DNA from: Nemertoderma westbladi
Lineage: Eukaryota > Animalia > Xenacoelomorpha
NCBI GenBank assembly: GCA_032718475.1
Contig: JAUCBJ010002937.1
Span: 62,001 to 126,000 of the forward strand
Direction: 5' to 3'
DNA: 64,000 bases
The notes beneath the pieces are model-generated. The model did no database searches, had not been told where the DNA came from, and saw only the letters and a list, made by a program, of their open reading frames with translations. Both the position numbers and the translations under genes were made by a program. This document shows, piece after piece, positions 12,243 through 23,200 of the stretch. Position 1 is the first letter of the stretch, and each line of letters opens with the position of its first letter.

Positions 12243-13730
12243 TTCACAGTTGCTTGATTGTACTAGTAACTGGTCACGTGCAATTAACGACCGGTTATTT
12301 ACAGATATCGTTTATATAGATTACGCGAAAGCGTTTGATACTGTTGTTACTCAGAAATTATTGTCTAAACTACAATGTTTTGGTATTAGCGGAAATGTTT
12401 TGATATGGTTAACTAATTTCCTTACAAATAGGCAGCAACGAGTAAAATTAGGAAATAGCTATTCATCCTACATGGCAGTTAAATCTGGTGTACCACAAGG
12501 TTCGTGTATCGGGCCACTTATGTTTATTTTATACATAAATGATTTACCTGATATATTTTCTTCATATACTAATACCCGTTTGTATGCTGATGACACTAAA
12601 CTTTTTTCCAGTTTCGATTCACCTGGTGGTCGATATAGATTACAGGCAGATTTAGACGCCTTTTCTGATTGGTCAGATGTATGGCAACTTAATGTGGCCA
12701 AGCATAAATGTAAAGTTCTTACCGTAGGAAGTTCTAATGTACCAGATGCAGTGTATTCAATTAATAACTATGCACTTGAAAATGTGTCATCTTTCCGTGA
12801 TTTAGGAGTAGAAGTTGATAGTAAGTTATATTTTGCAAATCACATTGATTTAATAACTAAAAAGTGCTATAAAGTAATTAATTGTTTATTTAGGTGTTTT
12901 TCTACTAACGACTGTGAAGCTATTTTATTTGCCTATAAAGTGTATGCAAGGCCAATTTTAGAATATGGTAGTGCAATATGGAACCCTTTTTGTAATTCAA
13001 AACCTTTTCTTGGCCTAACAGACAAGCTTGAGTCGGTCCAAAGATATTTTACCCGTAGGTTATTCCACCGGTGCTATTTAGATACTGATGCTTGTTACCT
13101 AAGAAGGCTAAAAATTTTGAAATTACAATCACTAGAACTTAGACGAGTTCATATTGACCTAATTACTGTTTTTAAAATACTCAACGGTTTTATTTCACTA
13201 GAATCTAATAATTTATTTGTAAATGTAAATTCATCTTCAATAAGACTGAGGGGGCATCCTTACAAATTGCAGCAAGGACATTGCAGAACTGTTGCGGTGC
13301 AGAACTCATTTACAAATCGTGTTGTGCCTGTTTGGAACAATCTACCTTACGTTGCAGTGACTGCCCCCTCAGTTGAATTGTTCAAACGCCATATTTATGT
13401 GTGCGATTTTAATAATTGGATTAAATTTGACCGCAATTTGTAACTATGCCAATTTCTAATTATTTTCTATTTTTCATATCATTTGTTCTATCTGAGTTCA
13501 ACTCTTTTTAGCGACCTACACTTTTATTTTAACATGTAATAATATTTTAGCGTATTTTAATTTCGTTTTTAATCTTATTTTAATATGGTGCCATAGTATA
13601 AGTCGTTTTGTTTTATTCTCTGTTCAACTTTCTCCTGTTTTATTTTATTATGTGCAGTTTTATTTGTACGCTTCTATGACAGCGGTGTCTCCACCCAAAT
13701 AATATAATATACTATAATATAATATAATAT

Positions 13731-13856
13731 AATAATGAACAAGAATGGTGCAAGTGTGTCTCCTTGGAGGACGCCCCATAACACTTCAAATGGTTCTGTG
13801 TCACCGTCAACAGTAGACACAAATGTTGTCGAACCATCGTATACTGATCTGATTGC
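13731..13856 (-). pseudogene. RTE ORF piece 2 (42 codons)
   Basis: Manual translation gives AIRSVYDGSTTFVSTVDGDTEPFEVLWGVLQGDTLAPFLFII, containing the RT GV.QG..L.P motif. Confidence 0.92.
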
Positions 13857-14247
13857 TGTATTCGAATCGATATACTTTTAGCATTTAGGACCTAATTATT
13901 GTTAACCCTCTTTTTTCTTTATCAGTAAAAGCCGTACCGGTAACAAGATTCATTGTTGCATTCTAAATATAGCAATCAGCCCTATGTGTAGAAGTTGTTT
14001 GTTTCCGTACCGGTAAAGTACCTATCTATATATATGGTGCCCTAACTTCACCATTTGTTACGAGATTCCGTTAACTGTTTATCTGTTTATTGAGATTATT
14101 ATTATATTATTATGTATTAACAACCTAATTTCTCTTCAACGAAATCTCCGTTAACATCTTGGCTTTACAGCTTTAGTCAATTCAGCAATACGTCGACATT
14201 CAGATTAGGGAACCTCCGGTTTATGCCCGGTTATGCATACAGTAACA
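13857..14247 (+). repeat. 5' LTR (385 bp shared with the 3' LTR; probably 391 bp ending GTAACA)
   Basis: TGTATTCGAATC...GCATACA is identical by eye to 25669-26053 and is followed by GTAACA-AA-TGGT. Confidence 0.92.
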
Positions 14248-14249
14248 AA

Positions 14250-14262
14250 TGGTAGTACTGAG
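14250..14262 (+). promoter_or_regulatory. Putative primer-binding site (TGGTAGTACTGAG)
   Basis: TGG-initiated motif 2 nt after an ACA LTR-type end. The cognate tRNA was not identified. Confidence 0.45.
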
Positions 14263-15534
14263 TGTTGACTCAGATAGATATCGAACGAAAACGCAACAGT
14301 CTCCAGATTCCAACACAGAAATCAGAATGAATGGTCTGTTGTACTGACGTAACAGCTGCTGAATACGTGTCTACCATCTGACCATCCTGCCATCTACCGG
14401 CACCGGTTCGCCAATGTCAAAGTAGCCTACTCCATACTCAACGATTCTCAACGGTCTGATGGTTTCAAACTTGCAATTTCTACACAGCAAGAGAGGACGA
14501 AAAAACACACGCTAAGTATAATCTACCGACTACCGGTTTATATAATTGTTGGGCAATTCAGCAATTTACTTGTTATAGTGTAGCCTACCGTAGTCTTTAG
14601 TTTATTTTTTCGTTAGTTTTTTTTGTTTCTCACTCACCCCGTTTAGCTTTACCTTTTCTTTCTTTGTTGGTGGTCTCTGTCATCACGAATCGGTCTTGGG
14701 GGCCGAAGACTTGATAGAGCCAGGACTCTCTATTGAACCATACAGATGTACAGGTTTGCAATAAGATAATATAGCCACGCAACGTTAGAGGGTTAGTAGG
14801 TACCGCTACGACCACCCTAGTTTTCCAAGTGATAAACTAGGTCAATTGCCTGATTGTATTAGGCCTACTTTTTATGACCGAGGTCGGGTTCGAACCTCAT
14901 ACCTATATAACTTTTAATTTTTTGGGTTTAAACATTTACTTGCTTAATTCTTTATACCGTATATGCCTTAGGTTGACTCTACTTTTTAGTAAAGGCACCA
15001 TCGAAGCTATATACTGACAGTAGGTACTGATATGTGATATATATATGAGTAATTTTTTGAAGCTATTTATTGATTATTTTTCGATTTGTTTTTTTTTTGT
15101 TTTTGTCTTACATTTTTCTCTTAATGTGACAGATATAGCCAAATATCGATTGGTTTGGTTTGACGTTACAAAATTGTGTCGTCTTGCAATATTTTATATT
15201 TAATACCGGTATATAGCATTATATGTATACTTGAATACCGGTATATATCCTTACTGGTACCGGTACTTGACTTAATATATATTATACCAATATTTTTACT
15301 TTTGTAATACCGGTACTTTAATTAATAATTTTGAATGGCAGGATTATTTTGATGGACTTATAATACTTATATGTAGTATTATATTACTGAGTTAGAGTTA
15401 TTTTTATTTCCTAATTACAGGCTGCCAATTGCAGGGTTAAGTAAAGGGAAAATAATAAAGTGCGATTAAAAATTTATTAATATCAAAAAAAAATACGATA
15501 AGATACCGTACATTAAAGTGAGACTAAATTAGTC

Positions 15535-17248
15535 ATGTCTTTGCCCCATGCGTCGGTAGTTCGGACACCCACCGGCTCAGTTACTTTATCACCTACAACT
15601 GGGCCCCGAATTATAGCGACTCCGACCTCATTGAATGATGTGGAGGCCTCGGAGATTACAATTGTTGGCGACCAGCCGACGTTATTACCAAATTAAATTA
15701 ATCCCCCTAGCCGTGTGTGTATCAGAGGGACAGCAGTAGAGGATACAATGAGTTTTGATCCACCACCACCAAGTGGCGAAGTTAATAAATTTACTGTAAG
15801 ACCTCGTTCTTCCAGAACAGCATCCACTACAACCATGAATTATATCGACATTGCTGCTATAAACCGTGGGTTAGGACAACTATACCGACATATGGATATT
15901 GGCATGTTGGAACTGGAAAATCAAACCCAACAATCAGGTGAACACACGCCAGATATTAGCCGAAAAATGGACAAACTAGAAGGTAGGTGGAATAATATTC
16001 TAGAATTGTATCAGAAACAGTGTTATTATTTCGAAAATATAGGAGGTAGTGTCGACGAACATCAGCAAGCTCGCAATAAATATGTAAGTTTAAGGGGGGG
16101 GGGTATACCCCCCCATGAACCTTTTTTTAAAATGGCTGTCAATTAGTGTTAAATGATAATATTGCTATTTTGTCATGGTCAACCACTGTATGGAAGGCCA
16201 AATAGCCTTTATAGTAAAATTTGAAAATTTGTAGCCTCCCTCTAGCGGCTGGCGGCGGAATTAAAGATTTCACTAAAATTGCTACTAGTCCCTCAATTTT
16301 GGTCCAAATTTCTTGAAACCAACTTTTTTGGACTCAGCGTGATCAACTCTACAAAAGTTATCTTATAGAATTTTTAATTAGCCAATTTTATTTTAATTAA
16401 TTAATTTAATTAATTAATTATCATATTTTTAATTAAAAATGGCTAATTAGAAAAAATGGCAATATTTATCAAAATTCCATAAGATAACTTTTAAAGAGCT
16501 TCCAAAGCTCGTTCGAATGAGCCATAAACGAAGAAAATTGGTTGAAAAATGACGGAGGAGTAGTAATTTGAAAAGGAAAAATGTCATTCCGAGAAAATGC
16601 CCTTCAAAGTTTAAACCGTCCCGCCAAAATTGGCTGTCTGTGTTCTGGTTGGTTAATTATTTCTGGCACGAATAATGCACACCAACGAGTTAAAATGTTC
16701 ATTTCTGGGGTTTTCGTGGTCGCTGATTTCATTTCCGATGTCAGTTTTAATTTTTAGTGGAATCTAGTCTATCTGTCTGTCTGTCGGTCTTCTGTCTTTC
16801 TTACAATTTGACGGACAGATCGTCATACGGAAAAACAGTGATAACTCGAGAACTGAAATAGGTCTCACTAAGCGGTTTTCAGATTTGTAATCCTCATTAA
16901 ATTCTGCTCTAGATGAGATAAAGAAACAATAATTTGAAAATTTTACCTGAGGGGGGGTATACCCCCCCCTTAAGTGATCGGTATAAATTGCTAGTAGACA
17001 GGATGTCCATTTGTGAAGGAACCTCAATACAAGAGGCATCTTCGGTAAGTTCAAGGTTACAATCAGTTACCTATACACCAGTCACCTCGCTAACATGGGA
17101 CAAGTATCCCATGACATTTTCATCCATTCCCAGGCCAAATATAGATCGTACTGTACTTCATACTGACAATGACATACTTAATGTCCTTTCTCCACATCGA
17201 CTTAATGGTAGACCTAGACCCCATTAAACTGTAGAATATATCCCTGAT
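15535..17248 (+). pseudogene. Disrupted in-frame N-terminal extension (or upstream ORF) of the BEL polyprotein
   Basis: ATG 15535 is in frame with ORF 15715. After removing the MITE plus one TTAA, the frame joins ...YVSL|SDRYKLL... and is in frame with ATG 17249. It contains only two stops (TAA 15694 and TAA 17225). Confidence 0.65.
16094..16969. mobile_element. Non-autonomous Kolobok-like DNA transposon (MITE)
   Basis: TTAA TSD (16090-16093 and 16970-16973). Termini are GG...CC with TIR G(n)TATAC(n). Purine-start ends with a TTAA TSD fit Kolobok rather than piggyBac (CCC...GGG). Confidence 0.82.
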
Positions 17249-20200
17249 ATGGAAAATCGCTCTAGGCAAGGGAGTGTAGGAGGACAGTCTTCACAGCCCT
17301 CTGTTGTATCAAATTCTAGTTCCACTAGGTCATCTAGGATGAGGAGGATTGTTGATGGAAAAGCAGCAATCCTTGCCAAGCGGCAGGCTGCAGAAGCATT
17401 ACGGCTTTCTCAGCAGATGGAACGGGAAAGGGTTCACGTCGAAAATGAGTTACTAATTGCTCAGGAGAACACACGCATTGAGGATGCTGAGCGGAAGGCC
17501 AAACGTTTTGCAGAAGATGTAAAACGTGCTGCAGAAGAAGATGCAATTCGAGCTAAGGAAGAAGCGGAGCGCATCCAGCAGGAAGCAAGACAACGGATTC
17601 AGGAAAGCAAAAAAAAGAATGAAATCTATACTCGCATCCGCCAATTTGATGACCTCAGGGATCTGCAGCAAGCACAACATCAGCTTCAAGCAGAGGAGTA
17701 TAGACAACAATTGGATATAGCAGAGTTGACTGCGATTGAAAGAGATACATCAGTAGACCTAGAAGCTCTAGCAATTCCATCAGTCCAATCCACTCCATTT
17801 TTAGATGAACTGGTACCTAACAAAATTGTGGGTGACCCTGACCACCCCATACAGGCATTCAACCCAGCTACCGGAATTGGACTAAGCAATACCAACTTAA
17901 CTGCGAATCACCCTATTGCTGTGGTAGATCATCCTACTGTAGTCAGTCCTATAGCCGCCAACGTAACCCCTTCTCGCTCAGAGCAATTGAGTAAACAAAA
18001 ACTCAAATTTGATCAAATACACAAACATATGGCCACTGATAGTGAAGAGGATTCCCCATCTGATTTACCACCTAACCATATTAAACCTCAAAAAACGATG
18101 ATTTTCCACAGAGTAGTAGGGAAAAACAAGGTTTCCATGCCATCCATACCTGAGGACCACCCTGTGACTCAGCAGCAGTTGAGTGAAGTATTAAACGGTG
18201 TAAAAAACTCAATAACTGAATTGTCTCGACATATGCCGACTCCTTTGTTTCCTAATAAGGACAGCAGTCTATATCGGATGAACTCAGAGACCCACCTAAG
18301 GGAACAAATATATTCCCAAAATCTGCCCAGGCCCACCAAACCTAACAGGTCAACTAAAAGTTTTTCAATCCCACAGACTCCCTTACCAAATCGATCATGT
18401 GTAGCTAGTGCCTATGGACCTTCACATTATCCACATGTGCGTAATGCATGTGATCAAGGAAAGGAATTGAATCCTAGATTACTTTCATCTCCTATAGTTA
18501 TAGAAAAATTTCATGTACCAAGGGGACCTTGTGATAGTGCATTTTATGCCAGACCTCGTAGTACGCGCCAATGGGCTGAGACTCAACCAGTAAACTCACT
18601 AGTTAATGGGCAATATGAAGGGGACCATGGTCGTGAGTGGAGTAGGGACTCAGTTGGGGGGCAAACACCATACCGAGCAGGTGAGTATGATAGGCAACCC
18701 CATAATCAACATGGTTACAGAGATCGAGGAGATCCAGACAGGGACTCTAGCCCACATAAACCTTCTGATGATGGTGACTTGTGTGACAGTGATGGTCACC
18801 AGAGTGACAACAAGCCATATGTTTCTTCTAAATCTCGAAAAGGTCATCGTGGCCATCCCCAACCCCAACTAGGGACACCTTGTCACCATCCAACTTCTAC
18901 CCAGCAGCATGCCCTGTTCGAAAAGTTAGCACTATCCTTGGAGGCTCCTAAACTGGACCCAACTCCCTTCACTGGAGATCCCAAGAAATTCTTAGGTTTT
19001 AAAAACCGTTTCATAACCCAAGTAGATGCTAAGGAAGTCCCTGATGATGTTAAATTACGTTACTTGATTACTTATGTATGGGGAGAACCATTAGACATGA
19101 TAGAACACTATGAGGGCATGGTTGATGGTTATGCACAAGCCTGGAGCACTTTAGAGAGACTGTATGGACAGCCGGCGAAGGTGATGAAAGCCGTAGTAGC
19201 TGATGTTACTCGTTGTAGGTATCCTGTGGCATCTCCCAAGGAGTTATTAAAATACTCACATGATGTTCGGCGGACAATGGATATACTTCAAAGCCTGAAC
19301 TGTTATGCTTATGTCAATAACCCTGACTTCATTCAGCAGATCGCTTCAAACCTTTCGAATGTTATCAGGAACCGCTGGGCAACTCAAGTACATGAATATC
19401 GAATGCGAAATGGTACTGACCCAGGTATGCCTGAACTTGTAGTTTTCCTTGACAGGGAAACCAGTATTGCAACCTGCCCTCTTTATGGGCCGCAAGCTGC
19501 TAGTGATATCTTGAAGTGCAAGATGGGAGACCGTTTTAAGGGTTTTTTTCCACGGCCATCTCCTGAATCGACTCCAACAAGCACTATGGAAAACTTCCAT
19601 ATCCATGACTCACCATCTGCCGATATCAATGTTGCGGAACCTCCTTTAGGTGACGACAATTATAAAGGTGAGCAGGACTCTGAGTTAGATGTGAATGCAA
19701 TGACAGCTGATTGTTTGCCTTGTCTATGTTGTAATGATAAACACCCACTAACCCAGTGCACACGTTTTCAGGGTTATGGTTCTGATGCTTGTTATGACTT
19801 TGTTATAGAACATAAATTGTGCACACTGTGTCTTAGGAAAGGTCACTGGAGGCGAAAGTGTCGCTCAAAATATAGGTGTAATTTAAACGGTTGTGGAAAA
19901 TGCCATGCTAGAGTGTTACATCCAGAGCCCGGTAAAACAGAAGAAGAAACAGATGATCTGATCCGCAATTATTATGCTCTTCAGCGTGACAGCCAATCAG
20001 AAACTTCAGTAAAGTTTAGTAAATTTATGGCTCCGATAAACAAGCCCAATCATAAGCTGTACAAGCAGGTGGCCGCCATGGCATCAAACCATAATGTTCT
20101 GACCGAGGCCAAAGCTGTGTTTTTTCGTGTTGTTCCACTTGAAGTAAGTAGTCACACTACAGGGCGGAAACTCACTACCTTCGCTTTATTAGATGAAGGG

Positions 20201-23200
20201 TCAACAGGGACCTTCATAGACAAGGTAGTTGGACATTACTTAGGCATTGAGACACAATATGTTGATGTTTCGTTGAACGCTATACTCACCCAGGGTGATG
20301 ATAAGACAATAGAACAAGGAAGTTGCATAGTAAGATCTATAATGAAGGAAGGAAAAATCAATCTTGATCTCCATCATGTAATGCTTATGTCTGATCTTCA
20401 TCTAAACTATGCTAGACCACAAAAATGGTCCATCGACGACCTTCCTTACTTAAAAAATATCAATCTCAAATACCCAGATGTGGACATTGACCGTATATCG
20501 ATGCTGATAGGAATAAATAATCCACAGGCACACAAAATCATTAGATCTGTCTGGGGACCTACACCCTATGATGAAGCGAACAACCCACATGCCATTAAAA
20601 CACCATTTGGTTGGACTTTAGTTGGGCCACTCATCAATGGGTTACCAAAAATACTTGTGACATCAGAAGATGACAAAAATGATCATATAATGGAACAACA
20701 GCAACCAGATGTTGAATTTCATACTTGCACCGCAATACAAAGTTCATCTTACGATTTTGTCGAGCAGATGGAAGGTGCTCCTCAACCTTGTATATGGAAT
20801 CTTAGTAAGGATACTGATGATGCTAATTACCATTTTATAGATGACTCTCAAACCCATCTATATGCAGACAGGGGACTGGATAATGTTCCTACGTCCAACA
20901 CCATTTGTATAAATCACGTTGAGTGCTGTCCATGGAAAAGAGATAATTGTCCAGATGACATAGTTACACATAATGATTTGAAACGGTTTTGGGACTCTGA
21001 AGCCTATTCTTGCCCAACTGAAATAGCCACAAAGTCAGTGCAAGACCGTAAGTGTGAAAAAATTCTCCAAAACACGACAAAGCTAATTAATGGCCACTAC
21101 TATGTAGGAATGTTATGGATTGACCATGATAAACCTCTAATTAATAACAAATCCTTGGCAATTTCTCGACTTAGGTGGATTAAACGGAAGCTCTCAAAAA
21201 TGCCTGCAGCTCACCAACAGTATCAGTCTATTTTTGATGACTATGAAGCTAAAGGTTATGCCAAAAAATTATCATTGGAAGAAAAAATGGCATTGAATGG
21301 TCCCAGGACTTATTATGTCCCAACCCATCCGGTATGGAACCCTAACAAACCTGGAAAACTCCGTATGGTTAACAATGCTGCTTTAGAGTACAAAGGGATG
21401 AGCCTGAACTCCAATTTGATGGAAGGGCCAAACTTCTATAACTCCATCATTGATGTTCTCCTCAATTTCCGATTACATCGTGTAGTATTTGCCTGTGATG
21501 TTGATGCAATGTTCCACCAGGTGCGGACATATGACTATGACTCACAATCGCAGAATATCATATGGTGGGAGGGTGACACTGAACCTGACAGCATGGTTGA
21601 CTACACTGTGTATCAAATGCAGGTAGCTATATTCGGAGCTACAGACTCTCCATGTCGAGCAACCCATGGATTGAGAACAACAGCAGACGACAACCGAGAT
21701 AAGTTCCCCCCTGAAGTTATTACAGCCATCAAAGAACATTTCTATGTAGATGACGGACTTTCAGGAGCGGAGACAGTAGAACAAGCTGTGAAACTTGCAC
21801 TGGGCGTTATCGATTGCCTTAGCCTGGGGGGTTTTAACCTTGCTAAATTTATATCAAATTCGAAGGACTTTCTTGAGTTCATTCCCCTTGAACGACGAGC
21901 TCAAGTGGATCTAGACCTGGCATTTGATGAACTTCCTGTTGCAAGAGCACTGGGGATAACGTGGTCACCTGAGACTGACACGTTTACATTTAAACCAATC
22001 ACAAAACGACACTCTCCTACCAAACGTGGGTGTTTAGCTACAGTAGCTTCCATCTACGACCCTTTGGGACTAGTTGCCCCTGTTGTACTACGAGGTAAGC
22101 AGTTCCTACAGAGATTGTGGGGACTTAACTTAGGATGGGATGAGATCCTAGACAAGGAGTTACTCGAAGATTGGAACTTGTGGTACCACCAACTCCAACT
22201 CTTGTCTCACCTCCACATTCAACGCCACTATTTTTTTGACCACCTTTCTAACCCGGATGATACATTGCAACTACATCATTTTTGTGATGCAAGTTTAATA
22301 GGATATAGCTGTATTTCGTATATTCGAAAGATATCATCTCTTGGACTTATCACATGTTCCTTGATTTATGCAAAGACCAGGACAGCCCCTTTGAAACAAG
22401 TTCCAATTCCCAAGTTGGAGTTACAAGCTGCAGTATTATTAACCCAGAGTCACAGACAGATTATCTCTAGCATTGGCCCACAGATACAATCATCAAATGT
22501 TGTATGTTGGTCAGACTCAAAGGCAGTTTTATTTCAGCTGGCCAATGAGGCAAGACGGTTTGAAACATATGTCGCCAACCGAGTAGAGGAAATACGCCGC
22601 CATACCACACCTCAACAATGGCGCCATATTCCTGGACATAAGAACCCCGCTGATATTGCTAGTCGCGGCTCCAACCCTTCTGACTTTGTACAGACCTATC
22701 AGAATCCTTGGTTCAATGGACCACTATTTCTTGGACAACCTGAAACACGATGGGAAGAAAAATTACAGATTAAGAATCCCATGGAACATGCTGATCCACC
22801 AGCTAACGCAGGTTTGAAGGCTAACAAGCCTAAAAAACTCACGAAGTCTAAGGTTATTGCCGCCACATATATTACTGAACCAAATAAAGCAATACACAAT
22901 CTACTCCATCGTTTTAGTTCATTTGATTTATTAAAGCGTGTCATTGCTAGATTCCTTGTAAAAATAGAACATATACGTCGTAGAAGTTGTCAAATACGGG
23001 AACTTATAGATGACAAACAGCTGTTTTATAAGTGCTGGATTCTAGCTGAAGCCAAAGCTCTAATTCTTTTACAATCTATGACATTTCGTGATGTTATTGA
23101 CTCTGTCGTTGCCAAGCGACAGCACTCACTCCCCCGAGCCTTTGCTATACTGAACCCCATTGTAGGAACAGATGGTTTATTACGCATGGGATCCAGACTC

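Larger units (their letters stand above)
11218..13443 (+). pseudogene. CR1-type reverse transcriptase ORF interrupted at 11718-12242
   Basis: KKGDRSLGENYRPISLTS...QYGFLSKRSA|VSQLLD...YIDYAKAFD...SGVPQGSCIGP...LYADDTK...FRDLGV...RPILEYGSAIWNP...LRGHPYKL...SFTNRVVPVWNNLP. The frame is continuous after removing the insert. Confidence 0.92.
11217..13730 (+). mobile_element. 5'-truncated CR1-group LINE inserted into the RTE
   Basis: CR1-type RT. T-rich 3' UTR at 13444-13700, (TATAA)n tail at about 13700-13730, and a short AATA duplication/microhomology at 11213-11216 and 13731-13734. Confidence 0.9.

Noticed and set aside
14874-14900. tRNA-like box B / T-arm motif (GGTTCGAACC) in the BEL leader
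   Set aside because: Only about 25 bp. I could not build a cloverleaf or find a box A, so it is at most a SINE relic.
16094-16969. piggyBac MITE (TTAA TSD)
   Set aside because: piggyBac ends are CC(C/T)...(A/G)GG, whereas these are GG...CC, which matches Kolobok.
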